DNA of 64,000 nt from Chloroflexota bacterium (GCA_965221905.1 OZ244922.1:1664001-1728000), one strand, 5' to 3'. Shown: positions 21,078 to 30,878, counted from the stretch's first letter. Made by a program: numbers and translations. The notes: generated by a model from the sequence alone, not told the origin.

Positions 21078-21192
21078 GGTGGCACTCAGCGTCGTTCATG
21101 CATGCGCGGTCAGCATAACGGCTCACGAAATCTGTACGAAGTCAACTGAAGCGTGCAAAGACTAGGTCTCTTAGTGTGCGCAAAGACGAGAC

Positions 21193-22248
21193 TTACAGCG
21201 TAATGACCTGTCCCGCGGCTTGGGTGTAGCCGAGATACATGCGGATCACCTCGTGGGCGTCCTCGAGTGTGGCTGTGGTTGGTGGTGTGTTGTTGAGCAC
21301 GCTTTCAGCGAAAGCGATGATTTCCGGGGCATAGCCCAAGAGAAACAGCCCTTTGTTCGCGAGGCGCCCGTGCGAGAAGTCGGGCAGCCAGCGGCGCGGC
21401 GCGCTGGCATCGTCGCTGACAAACGAGTTCGGAGAGCGGGGTTGGCCCGGTGGGTAGTAGGTGAGGTCGATGCCGTTTTCAACGACGAGCGATGCGCCTT
21501 CGCCATTCACCTCCACACGGTCCCATGGCGCGTTTTCCCCCTTGCCCGCGGCCTGATGCAGACAGCCGATGCTGCCGTTAGCAAAGGTGAAGACGCCAAG
21601 CGAGCTACCCTTTCGCGATTCGTCGGCTAAGTAGAGCGTCTGCGGCGCGCCGAGCAAATATTGAAGAATCGACAACGGATGACAGCCGATTTGGAGAAAA
21701 CGCATCATCTCTCGGCTATGGGGGCGTCCCTCGGCTGGCGGCAGGTCCACGGCGTAGTGGACGTAGGCGGAGGTGGGCGCGCCAAACTCCGGTTGGGCCA
21801 TCAGGTGCTTTGCGTGCTGAATCGCGGGGTAGAAGGGCTTCTTAAATCCTACCTGGACAAAGCGTTGGGCCTCGTCGCGCGCCGCTTGCATGTCCTCGAT
21901 TTCCGCCAGCGTCGAGGCCGGCGGCTTTTCAATCCAGACGTGACGGCCCGCCCGCAGCACGTCAATTGCCACCGGCGCGTAACGGGGTCGTCCTGACGCA
22001 TCGTGATTGAGCACCACAAATACCGCGTCTAGCTCTTCCTGTTCGAGCATTTCGGCATAGTCCGTGTACCAGCGCCGGGCGCCAAACTGACGGGCGCAGA
22101 ATTGGGCCCGCTCCGGCACGAGATCGCAGATTGCGACCAACTCTACCGGCGCATACTGGAAGCTCGGCAAGATGCTCTGGAAGGCATGCCTACCGCAGCC
22201 GATGAATGCAGCGCGTATGTGCTGCTTGTATTCATGGTTGAAGGGCAT
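21193..22248 (-). CDS. Gfo/Idh/MocA family oxidoreductase
   Basis: AFIGCG, ELDAVFV, HVWIEKP, IGCH motifs. Confidence 0.9.
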   Translation of the reverse strand: MPFNHEYKQHIRAAFIGCGRHAFQSILPSFQYAPVELVAICDLVPERAQFCARQFGARRWYTDYAEMLEQEELDAVFVVLNHDASGRPRYAPVAIDVLRAGRHVWIEKPPASTLAEIEDMQAARDEAQRFVQVGFKKPFYPAIQHAKHLMAQPEFGAPTSAYVHYAVDLPPAEGRPHSREMMRFLQIGCHPLSILQYLLGAPQTLYLADESRKGSSLGVFTFANGSIGCLHQAAGKGENAPWDRVEVNGEGASLVVENGIDLTYYPPGQPRSPNSFVSDDASAPRRWLPDFSHGRLANKGLFLLGYAPEIIAFAESVLNNTPPTTATLEDAHEVIRMYLGYTQAAGQVITL

Positions 22249-22338
22249 CTGGCTGATTCCTCTGTTTCGGCAGAATGAGGCTGCTAGTGATTAGGGCCGG
22301 TGCTACTCGGCGAGCATGATTGCTCGCAAAAAGCTGCG

Positions 22339-24315
22339 CTACCGACTGCCGCTGCTCTTACGGAGAATATTGCTGCGGCCGCGCGGCGGGCCTTCCGGCA
22401 GCCCGGAGGCGTCAACTTCGCGGCGGCGGCGCGCCTCATCCGAGAAGTACTTGGCCCATTCGCCGGGCGCATCGGGCTCTATGCCGCCGTGGCGGGTGAT
22501 CCGCTGCCTTACGCGTATTGCAAGCGGCGTGTTGACCGCGGCACCGGCCACGATCGCCTGCCCCTTGGAGAGCGCCGGCAGTTCCGCCAGGAGATCATGG
22601 CTCGCGCTCTCAACGGCGGCAGCCACACTACTCTGGTCGTATTCATTAACGATACGCAGTAAGAACTGCGTCATGCACTGCGAGAGCACGTCCGAGTCGA
22701 GCTTGCCCGGACGCTGGCTGATGAGGCCGACTCCTACCCCAAATTTGCGTCCCTCTGCCAGGATGGTCTTGAGTATATTCGTAGTTACCACGTCTTCATT
22801 CGCCGGAGCAAAGTGATGGGCCTCTTCGAGCAAAATGAAGACCGGATAGTCGAGGCGGTCTTTGGGGTTGCCTGTGCCTTTGACGGCGTTCATGCGCGCT
22901 TTCCATACCATCCGTAAGAGCACAGCCACGATTACTTGCTGCTGGCGGCGGTCGATCTCATTGAGCTGAAGCACTGAACAGAGGCCGGGGCGGAAGACCT
23001 GCTGCAGGTCCATGGTCTCAACATTGTCGAAGTTTGGAGACTCGGCAAAGAGGCTCTTCAGTCGCCAGTCGAGCGCCCGTGCACTGCCCCGCATCTGAAC
23101 ATCGGGCTTGGCGCGCGTGCTCTGCTGCTCCTGTCGGCCGGCGTTTTCGAGCCAGTCGAGGTCGCCGTCGCCTGAAGATGGATTCCCGCTTTCGCGGGAA
23201 TGACGGGCCGGGTCGGGCTGGGTCTCCTCTTCGCCATTCTGCATGTATGCCAGCGCCGCGTAGACATCGTTCATCGTCCAAGCGGTCTTGTCTTTGCGGT
23301 CGCCTTCTACTCGATCCAACGCCAACCGCAGCACGTATTCCATGGGCCCGGAAAGGCCGAATTGCGCGCCGAGCAGAAAGCGCAGATCGTGGAACGTGAG
23401 ATCGGAAACTCGGATCTTCACTTGGCCCTGGGGGACGACCTTCACATCCGCCTTGTAGCCTCCGTCGTACCCGTCGTCGGTGCGGAATTCTTTGGCATTG
23501 CGGATTTCTTCCAGCGTGTCGTACTCGCCATGGGGGTCGACAACCAGAATGCTGGCACGGTTGATGGGTTTCATCATCTCTTCGATGAGGACCGAGGCCA
23601 AGTAGCTCTTGCCCGCGCCGGTACCGGCGATAATTGCCATGTGGGTTGCGGTGATGGAGCGGACGTCCAACACCACCGGCACACCAGCGCCATCCTCTGT
23701 CAATCCCTCTTCCTCCGTTACTTCCGCGCCTTCTGCTATTCCCGCTCCCTCTGTCGTTCCCGCGGAAGCGGGAATCTCAGCGCGGCGTTTCAGGGGATTG
23801 AAAGCAGGGCGTGAAAGCAGCGACCCGACGAAAGCGCCGCCCCGCTGCGCCTCGCCTTCTTCCCAGTTGAAAGCGACCCGGTTCAGTACCTGCGCCAGCG
23901 CGTCGTCCGGGGCCAAATAGATTTTCCAGCCAATGCGGGGCGGGATACGTGGGTTGACGAAGGCACTCAACTGCGGATCGTGGTAGCCCATGATGCTCAC
24001 GTGGATTTCGAAGAGCTCCGCAGAGGCAGCGTCGGCATCGCGGTCGCCATCCAATGAAACGCCATTGGCGTTGGAGTAACCGACAAGGGCCGCCATTTGC
24101 GCTGGATCGACTTCCGGGTGGGCGAGAAAAGAGTCCGGGTATAGACGCAGCGGCACGCGTCGAATTACCCGCCCCAGGATCTGTCGCCGGACGCCATCAA
24201 CGTCAGCTTCGTAATAGACGAATTCGCTCGTCTTTACCCGACGCTCCGTGTCTGGAGTGACGAACGTGTACTCGTTCGGCGTCTCGCCGGGACCCTTGGC
24301 AATCCCTATATTCAT
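22339..24315 (-). CDS. herA: HerA-type ATPase/helicase with N-terminal HAS-barrel-like region
   Basis: Walker A AGTGAGKS, VVDPHGEY, Walker B LLEEAHHF, EGRKFG, ISQRP. Confidence 0.85.
   Translation of the reverse strand: MNIGIAKGPGETPNEYTFVTPDTERRVKTSEFVYYEADVDGVRRQILGRVIRRVPLRLYPDSFLAHPEVDPAQMAALVGYSNANGVSLDGDRDADAASAELFEIHVSIMGYHDPQLSAFVNPRIPPRIGWKIYLAPDDALAQVLNRVAFNWEEGEAQRGGAFVGSLLSRPAFNPLKRRAEIPASAGTTEGAGIAEGAEVTEEEGLTEDGAGVPVVLDVRSITATHMAIIAGTGAGKSYLASVLIEEMMKPINRASILVVDPHGEYDTLEEIRNAKEFRTDDGYDGGYKADVKVVPQGQVKIRVSDLTFHDLRFLLGAQFGLSGPMEYVLRLALDRVEGDRKDKTAWTMNDVYAALAYMQNGEEETQPDPARHSRESGNPSSGDGDLDWLENAGRQEQQSTRAKPDVQMRGSARALDWRLKSLFAESPNFDNVETMDLQQVFRPGLCSVLQLNEIDRRQQQVIVAVLLRMVWKARMNAVKGTGNPKDRLDYPVFILLEEAHHFAPANEDVVTTNILKTILAEGRKFGVGVGLISQRPGKLDSDVLSQCMTQFLLRIVNEYDQSSVAAAVESASHDLLAELPALSKGQAIVAGAAVNTPLAIRVRQRITRHGGIEPDAPGEWAKYFSDEARRRREVDASGLPEGPPRGRSNILRKSSGSR
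23179..23205. repeat. REP-like palindrome, family D (ATTCCC-N8-GGGAAT), in frame inside herA
   Basis: TGGATTCCCGCTTTCGCGGGAATGACG, translated as RHSRESGNP. Confidence 0.8.
23692..23777. repeat. Second family-D palindrome in herA plus four degenerate 18-bp units derived from its arm
   Basis: GTCGTTCCCGCGGAAGCGGGAATCT at 23753-23777 (EIPASAGTT). Coding-strand units: GCGGGAACGACAGAGGGA / GCGGGAATAGCAGAAGGC / GCGGAAGTAACGGAGGAA / GAGGGATTGACAGAGGAT. Confidence 0.7.
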
Positions 24316-24395
24316 CTATTCGCGTTCCCAGCTCTTTGCGTTGGCAGACTAGTGCGGTGGCGGCGGTCTTGGCTGCATCTGCCGTTGAGTCTCTC

Positions 24396-25169
24396 CTACA
24401 ACTCTCGCCGAATTACGTCCAGCTCATCGGTCGCGCCCTTAATGAGAAAGCGTTGATCGTTAGCGAGGCCCATATAGCGAAAGCCCTGCTCAAGTCGCTT
24501 GTTCAACGCCTGACCGGAGCTCGTATGGATACCTGGAGCGACACCGTATTTCTGGGCCACGGTAACGACCTGGCTGACAGCGGCTTCAAAATCGGGATGG
24601 TCGCTATCGATGCTCGGTGGAATTCCCATTGAAGCGCAAAGATCGTTGGGGCCGATGAAGGCTGCGTCGATACCGGGCACGCTGAGAATGTCATCGAGAC
24701 GTCGAATGGCGTCGGCGTGCTCGATCTGAATTATGACGAGAAGCTGGTCGTTGGCGTGCTCCAGGTATGCAGCTTGGTTCGTGCGGAAGGCATAGTGGTT
24801 GCGCCCGCTGCCGATGCTGCGAATACCGGCCGGCGGATAGAGGCATGCTGCCACGGCCCGCTCGGCTTCTTCGCGCGTGCGCACCATCGGTACCACCACG
24901 CCATATGCGCCGGCATCGAGCACACGCTTAATCCAAACGTGGTCGTTCCAGGGCACGCGGGCGGTGGGTACCACGTCTGTCGTGTTGATGACCTGGAATA
25001 AGGCGCGGGTCTCGCGCACGTCAATGGAACCGTGCTCCATGTCCACGTTGAGCCAATCAAAGGCCATGTGGGCCAGGGTCTCGGTAGCCAGTGGGTCGCC
25101 AAGGGTAAGCCAGGCGCCGATCGCGGGTTTACCCGCTCTGAGGAGTTGCTTCACCGGATTTTCGCGCAT
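24396..25169 (-). CDS. HpcH/HpaI aldolase family protein
   Basis: DMEHG, RVPWND, LDAGAYG, IQIE, FIGPNDL motifs. Confidence 0.92.
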   Translation of the reverse strand: MRENPVKQLLRAGKPAIGAWLTLGDPLATETLAHMAFDWLNVDMEHGSIDVRETRALFQVINTTDVVPTARVPWNDHVWIKRVLDAGAYGVVVPMVRTREEAERAVAACLYPPAGIRSIGSGRNHYAFRTNQAAYLEHANDQLLVIIQIEHADAIRRLDDILSVPGIDAAFIGPNDLCASMGIPPSIDSDHPDFEAAVSQVVTVAQKYGVAPGIHTSSGQALNKRLEQGFRYMGLANDQRFLIKGATDELDVIRREL

Positions 25170-25299
25170 ACGCTATTTTCCTCGTGCTCTGCTAGGGAAG
25201 GAACTGTGTTCCACCATAGTGTACCAGAGCGATCGCGCCACAATAGATTCCCGATAAATCAGGAGCGCGATCCTACCAAGAGAGGTAGTGGCGAGGCCG

Positions 25300-25725
25300 T
25301 TATACCAAGGTGGCTTTATCCACCAACGTTTCGGCCTTTGCGCGGTCGTCAGCGGCAAGCGCAACAATTGTGTGGCCGGATTGGCGCTCGAGGATATGCA
25401 GGCTCTGTATGTTCACGCCGGCCTGCTTGAACCGCTCGGCTACTTTAGCCAGAGCCCCCGGCTCGTCGGGGAGCCTGAGTACCAAGGACTGGTCTGAGAT
25501 TGCCTTGAAACCGGCATCCGCGAGAACTCGCAGGGCAGCGTCCTGAGCGTCAGTAGTGAGGGTGACGGTGCCGTGATCGTCGAGTCCTTCGGCGCTGATG
25601 GTCTCTATGTTGATTTCTGCGTCGGCCAGCGCCCGGCTAATATCGGCGATGACGCCCACTTCATTCTTCGCTATGACGGTAATCCTATTCATCTTCATCC
25701 TGCTGTCCTTTACTGTTGCTGTCAT
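25300..25725 (-). CDS. Tandem ACT-domain protein
   Basis: NEVGVIADISRALADAEINI and DEPGALAKVAERFKQAGVNI; ATGA overlap with the decarboxylase stop. Confidence 0.85.
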   Translation of the reverse strand: MTATVKDSRMKMNRITVIAKNEVGVIADISRALADAEINIETISAEGLDDHGTVTLTTDAQDAALRVLADAGFKAISDQSLVLRLPDEPGALAKVAERFKQAGVNIQSLHILERQSGHTIVALAADDRAKAETLVDKATLV

Positions 25726-26828
25726 ACCAGGCAGTCGTCTACAACCAAATCTATCGTTTCACGAGTCACGTTGGGCATAGCAATCAGATGCGCGATGTCC
25801 TCGTAAGGCGCGAGTTGCCACTTGCGTATCACCTCGGCGGAAGGCTTTGGAAACACCACCGTGACCGAGTTCTGGTTCCGCCACGCCGGGATGCCGCAAT
25901 CGTTGAAGCGGGCCACGGCGTACTGGGCGACGGCCAGACACTCTGCTACGATCTCGCGGAAGCCATCCAATCCGTGCTGCTGGAGGGCGTACCACATGAT
26001 GAGCGGAGAAATGGCGTTGCGCGACCCCGCCAGTGTTGTGTCCAGCACGCCCACGTATTCTATGGAGCGAGCGATGCGCGCGACGTATTCACCCCGCGTC
26101 AGGGCGATTCCGCAGGGCAGGGGCGAACCGATCATCTTGTGGCCGCTGATCGAAACGCTATCGAACCCGGCATCGAATCCATAGGGCTGCGGCTCGTCTA
26201 CGAACGGCAAGATCATGCCGCTCAGAGCCGCGTCCGCGTGAATGTAGTAACTTGCAACCGCCAGATCGTCCAGGATCCCGCGCACCTTGCGCATGTCATC
26301 CACGGCCCCTTTCATGGTGGTGCCGATGTTCGCCAAGACAATGACAGGCGCGTCGCGGTTGATGCGGATGGTTTCGCGCAGATCGTCGTAGTCGATTTCG
26401 CCGTTGTCCCGGCTCTTGATCATGATGTTCCGCGCTTTCAAAACGCGCAGTATCTTGACGACGCTGTAGTGCGTATCCTGCGAAAAGTAGACCACGCCTT
26501 CCGGGAACATCTCGCGCGCCAAATAGAGCCCGTACATGTTGCCTTCGGTACCGCCGGAGGTGACATAACCCCACGCCTCATCGCGCGGCAGATGCATCAG
26601 GTCGGCGAAGGTTCCGATGACTTCTCTTTCGATCTCGTGCGTGTTGCTCTGGAAATTGCTGTCGTGAAACGGATCCCCGACGTTATTGGGACTGTACTCG
26701 AGGAAAGGCAGCAGCGCCGTGTAATCGAAATCTAAGTTGCAGGGGTACCCCACCGACCGTGCTCTCAGGTCGGCAAAGTCACGCAACAGGTCATCGAGCC
26801 GCTCTTGTGTAGAAGTTTTGGTTTGCAT
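25722..26828 (-). CDS. hdc: PLP-dependent histidine decarboxylase family enzyme (group II)
   Basis: GYP, NNVGDP, GGTEGNMYG, THYSV, IHADAALSG, SISGHKMIGSPLPCG (PLP lysine); start at MQTK (26828). Confidence 0.88.
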   Translation of the reverse strand: MQTKTSTQERLDDLLRDFADLRARSVGYPCNLDFDYTALLPFLEYSPNNVGDPFHDSNFQSNTHEIEREVIGTFADLMHLPRDEAWGYVTSGGTEGNMYGLYLAREMFPEGVVYFSQDTHYSVVKILRVLKARNIMIKSRDNGEIDYDDLRETIRINRDAPVIVLANIGTTMKGAVDDMRKVRGILDDLAVASYYIHADAALSGMILPFVDEPQPYGFDAGFDSVSISGHKMIGSPLPCGIALTRGEYVARIARSIEYVGVLDTTLAGSRNAISPLIMWYALQQHGLDGFREIVAECLAVAQYAVARFNDCGIPAWRNQNSVTVVFPKPSAEVIRKWQLAPYEDIAHLIAMPNVTRETIDLVVDDCLV

Positions 26829-26961
26829 CGTTGATTCCTCACTGTAACGTTTCACTTTTGAGCATAGTGCAAACTCCGTGATAACTCCAATTCACTTGTC
26901 GCCAATATCTGCAAATTGATCCAACATCTTTTCTGTCAATGGGCGAGCGGCTGGGAAATGG

Positions 26962-26992
26962 GCAGGCCGCCGCAATCGCTGCGGCGGCCTGC
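26962..26992. terminator. Perfect 13-bp GC-rich hairpin (terminator-like or part of a structured leader)
   Basis: GCAGGCCGCCGCA-ATCGC-TGCGGCGGCCTGC; no long U tract. Confidence 0.45.
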
Positions 26993-27234
26993 TATTGCCT
27001 CGCCAGGTGGGTTGCCCTGCTGCATCCGCAACACAGGCGGCGAAGATGGGCCTTGGCATGTGCCGAATGCATTCACCAAGAGTTGCAAAGTGCATAGCCC
27101 TATTGGGACGTGCCAACCTTCTGGCCCGGGTCGGCTGGCACGGCATCGTGGGAAAGACCCGACGCGTACCGCTCTACGTCCGTGCCTTCAGCCACAACTG
27201 TGCCGTCTCCACCTAACGCGGTTCTGAGAGAACC

Positions 27235-27420
27235 CTAGTCTTGGGCCGGAGTAAGGGGACGAAATGAACGAGGAAGCTTGCGCATGAAGTCTGCGTCGAG
27301 GTTCGACTTGAGAAGCCGGTAGAGGAAGACCAGCCCAAGGACCGCCGCGGCCGTGATCACGGACGCCAGCAAACCGTGTTGCCTAACACTGTGCCTGATG
27401 CTCTCGCTGTGAATGCCCAT
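27235..27420 (-). CDS. Small single-pass membrane protein, hypothetical
   Basis: GGAGG RBS before MGIHSES; one hydrophobic segment (LLASVITAAAVLGLVFLY). Confidence 0.45.
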   Translation of the reverse strand: MGIHSESIRHSVRQHGLLASVITAAAVLGLVFLYRLLKSNLDADFMRKLPRSFRPLTPAQD

Positions 27421-27728
27421 GGCGCCACCTCCCAAATGGCTTAGACGGTTGCCCGCCGTTCCGATACGCCGATTTACATACACACAATCGCAATCTCTCT
27501 ACCTCCAACATACGGCATGAATAGAGGAATGTGTCGGAAGTTAAGCAAACTCCTAGCAAGGTCTTAGGCGGCTCTAAGAGAAGACGCCGAGAGGCGTAGA
27601 TGGGAGAAGACGGGGGTACAATCCAGGCGATTTGGCGGAGGCAATTCAGGACTACGGCGTGACCTGTCCGGGATGCCGATACCGCGTACAATAGTAGAAG
27701 CTATCATATAAATCGGTTCGATAGCCGA

Positions 27729-27883
27729 TTCGTGCTTCGCCCCTGCGTCAAGCCTGTGCTGAGCTTGTCGAAGTGCTCGGGACAGGCAAGCTCAGGATAA
27801 GCGAGTTCAGCACGAACGGATTCTTGCCTTTTTCCGTTCGCCCCCGTATCGAGTACGGGGCAGGCTCTGAGCCTGTCGAAGGG
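27729..27883. repeat. REP-like cluster, family B
   Basis: CTGAGCTTGTCGAAG, AGCTCAGG, ACGAACGG, CCGTTCG and CTGAGCCTGTCGAAGGG arms. Confidence 0.7.
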
Positions 27884-27974
27884 CAAGTCTACACAGAGCG
27901 ATGTATATACGAGATAGCTTCCAGTCACGTATTTTTATTTCCATGTATGTCGGATTGAAGGAGCCGCAGCAGAG

Positions 27975-30878
27975 ATGGCGCGCCAGACCGAGCCAAGCGT
28001 GAACAACGCCCTGGGCGGATTGCTGCAAGGCATGCTGTCCCGCAGTGATGTGCTCTCTGAGAATACGCAGACTATTACCGGACACGCGGGGTTTCACCCT
28101 GACATTCTCATCGTGGATCCGGGCCGCTCGCCGGTGGTGATAGAGGCGGAATACATGCCCGGCGCGAATGTGGAAGCCGAGGCAAAGTCCCGTTTGGGGC
28201 TGGACGTGGCGGCGAGCGGACGCCGCATCGAAGCCGTTATCGCGCTACGCTATCCCGACGCGGTGAGTGACGCCGATGATCTCCGTGCCGCGCTAGAGCA
28301 GGCCCGGCTCTCCTACTGCGTTTTTACGGAGGAACGCAAGGGCGTCAGTCGCTTTCCGGAGTCCGGCTGGCTGGATGGGTCGCCGGAAGACGTGGCCGAT
28401 CTGGTGCGCTTGGTTTCCGTGCCGCAGCGCGCCGTGGATGATGCCACCACCACGCTGCAAGAGGGCATTAGCGCGGCGGCAAAAATCCTGGACGAGATGG
28501 ACACCAATCGCCAGGCCGTCACCAAGGAGATTGCCCGCCTGCTGGGCATGAGCAACGTGCCGCAGACGCGCCGCATGGCCTGCGCCATCATCGCCAACGC
28601 CTTGGTGTTTCACGAGCGCATTGCCGGTATGCACAAGGGAGTCGATTCCTTAGAATTGGTCTGCGGCGATGACGTTGCCAATCCGAAGGGCGCGGTACTC
28701 GCGGCGTGGACGGATATTTTAAAAATCAATTATTGGGCGATTTTTGCCGTGGCGAAAGACATTCTGGCACACGTGCCCGCGGCTGAGGCGGCGCGGATTC
28801 TGTGGCGGTTGCGCGACACGGCACAAGCGGTGAGATCAATGGGCGTGGAGAATTCCCACGACCTGACCGGCCGCATCTTCCAGCGCCTCATTGCCGACCG
28901 CAAGTACCTGGCGACGTTCTACACCTTGCCCGCGTCGGCGGCGCTGCTGGCGCGGCTGGCTGTTGCCAAGCTGCAGGGCGTGGACTGGTCGGATGCTGAG
29001 GCCATCGGCAAGCTGCGGATTGCCGACTTTGCCTGCGGCACGGGCGCGTTGCTCTCGGCGGTGTACGAGCAAATAGCCGCCAAGCACGAGCGCGCCGGCG
29101 GCGATCCGGCTGCCCTGCACCGCGCGATGATGGAAGATGTGCTCTACGGCTGCGACGTCATGCCCTCGGCCATCCACATCACCGGCTCCACCCTCTCGGG
29201 CGTAGAACCAGCGGAAAGGTTTGGAAATTCCCGCCTCTATACCATGCCCTACGGTCGCCAGCCCGACACTTTTGTGAAGATTGGCTCCCTGGAGTTGCTC
29301 GTTACTGACTTCACGCTGACGCTCCTCAACACCAGCGACCCGGCTCTCCGCACCGGCAGCGTGGGTGAAGAGACCGCAACCCAAGTTACCGCCGAATTGC
29401 CCCATGAGAGCTTTGACTTGGTGATCATGAATCCGCCGTTCACGCGGGCGACAAACCATGAAGGTGCCCACGCAGACATCACTAATCCTGCGTTCGCTGC
29501 CTTTGACGCTACGCCTGAAGACCAGACCGAGATGGGGAAGCTTATCAACAAAATGGGTAAAGGGACGTGTTACCACGGCAACGCCGGCATCTCATCCGCC
29601 TTTGCCGCACTAGCAGACCGCAAGCTTAGACCCGGCGGCGTCTTGGCGCTTGTCCTCCCTTTGTCAGTTGCCGCTGGGATGTCTTGGCAGGGATTCCGTA
29701 AATTGCTGACGAGCGATTACACAGACTTGACGGTCCTCAGCATATCGGCAAACGGACACGAAATGTCGTTTTCCTCCGATACCGGCATGGCTGAGTGCTT
29801 GGTAATCGCCCGCAAACTCCATCCGGAAGAGTCCCGTCAAGAGAAGTCGTTCTTCCATTCACTCAATCGCAGGCCGAGCAGCTTCGCCAACGCAAGCTTT
29901 CTGGCAGGTCAGGCCAACTCCAACAGTGGAGTTAGGGCAATTGAAAGTGGCCCGTACGGAGGCACACGATTGATGGTGGGGGAAGAGCAATTGGGTGCAA
30001 GTGTATCTGTGCTTTGTCATACGGGTGGATTCAAGTGGGGTGCCGTTCGTCTCTCCGATTTCGCGGTAGGACAAGCCGCATTCGCTTTGTCGCAATCCCA
30101 ATTTTGGCTGCCTGGCAAGTCCAATCCCTTAGAGCTAGATCTGGGCACCCTAGGGGATGTTGGCAAGCTTGGCTTGGTGCACCGTGACATCACCGGGCCA
30201 GCTCCTCGAGGGCCTTTCGACAAGATTGCGCCAAGTCCCACAGCTACATATCCCGCGCTTTGGAACCATGATGCTGCCAAGGAGACTCGGATAGTTTGCG
30301 AGCCTGACAGTCAACTGCAGGTCAGGCAAGGTCTGGAAGATAAAGCTGCCATTGTTTGGGGCACTGCAGGTCGCTCCCATCTGAATCTTGACTTTACCTT
30401 TGGATCCCAACCTCTAGCTGTGGCATTCACCGCCCAAGAATCCATTGGAGGCAGAGTCTGGCCTAATGTCAACTTCTCAAGTAGAGCCTTCGACTATGCC
30501 TTTGCAGTGTGGGGAAATAGCACGCTTGGCTTACTTTCCTACTGGTGGCACTCCAGCCGTCAGCAGTCAAGCAAGGCTAGCATTACGATCCGTTCCGCCG
30601 AGTCACTCCCCGTGCTGGATTTCCGCGTTCTCAGCGACGAGCAACTTATCATGGCGGAGCTAATCTTCGACGAGTTCCGCGACAAAGAGTTCCAGCCGGC
30701 CTATCTGGCGGACGCCGACCCCAACCGCGCCCTCCTCGACCGCCGCGTAATCTGCGACCTCTTGGGCTTCGACGAAAAGACCTACGAAGGCGTCCGCCGC
30801 CTCGCCGCCAAATGGTGCGCCGAACCCTCCGTCCACGGCGGCAAGCCCCGACCCAAAACCGCCAAGCTGTTCATCTAA
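27975..30878 (+). CDS. Type IIG-like fused restriction endonuclease / amino-methyltransferase / target recognition protein
   Basis: N-terminal PD...EAE nuclease-like motif, motif I DFACGTG, motif IV NPPF, long C-terminal region. Confidence 0.82.
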   Translation: MARQTEPSVNNALGGLLQGMLSRSDVLSENTQTITGHAGFHPDILIVDPGRSPVVIEAEYMPGANVEAEAKSRLGLDVAASGRRIEAVIALRYPDAVSDADDLRAALEQARLSYCVFTEERKGVSRFPESGWLDGSPEDVADLVRLVSVPQRAVDDATTTLQEGISAAAKILDEMDTNRQAVTKEIARLLGMSNVPQTRRMACAIIANALVFHERIAGMHKGVDSLELVCGDDVANPKGAVLAAWTDILKINYWAIFAVAKDILAHVPAAEAARILWRLRDTAQAVRSMGVENSHDLTGRIFQRLIADRKYLATFYTLPASAALLARLAVAKLQGVDWSDAEAIGKLRIADFACGTGALLSAVYEQIAAKHERAGGDPAALHRAMMEDVLYGCDVMPSAIHITGSTLSGVEPAERFGNSRLYTMPYGRQPDTFVKIGSLELLVTDFTLTLLNTSDPALRTGSVGEETATQVTAELPHESFDLVIMNPPFTRATNHEGAHADITNPAFAAFDATPEDQTEMGKLINKMGKGTCYHGNAGISSAFAALADRKLRPGGVLALVLPLSVAAGMSWQGFRKLLTSDYTDLTVLSISANGHEMSFSSDTGMAECLVIARKLHPEESRQEKSFFHSLNRRPSSFANASFLAGQANSNSGVRAIESGPYGGTRLMVGEEQLGASVSVLCHTGGFKWGAVRLSDFAVGQAAFALSQSQFWLPGKSNPLELDLGTLGDVGKLGLVHRDITGPAPRGPFDKIAPSPTATYPALWNHDAAKETRIVCEPDSQLQVRQGLEDKAAIVWGTAGRSHLNLDFTFGSQPLAVAFTAQESIGGRVWPNVNFSSRAFDYAFAVWGNSTLGLLSYWWHSSRQQSSKASITIRSAESLPVLDFRVLSDEQLIMAELIFDEFRDKEFQPAYLADADPNRALLDRRVICDLLGFDEKTYEGVRRLAAKWCAEPSVHGGKPRPKTAKLFI

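Noticed and set aside
16147-24315. Sir2-HerA (Nezha-like) defence system
   Set aside because: The genes are 2.7 kb apart with two metabolic genes between, and the sirtuin is the long Dsr-type.
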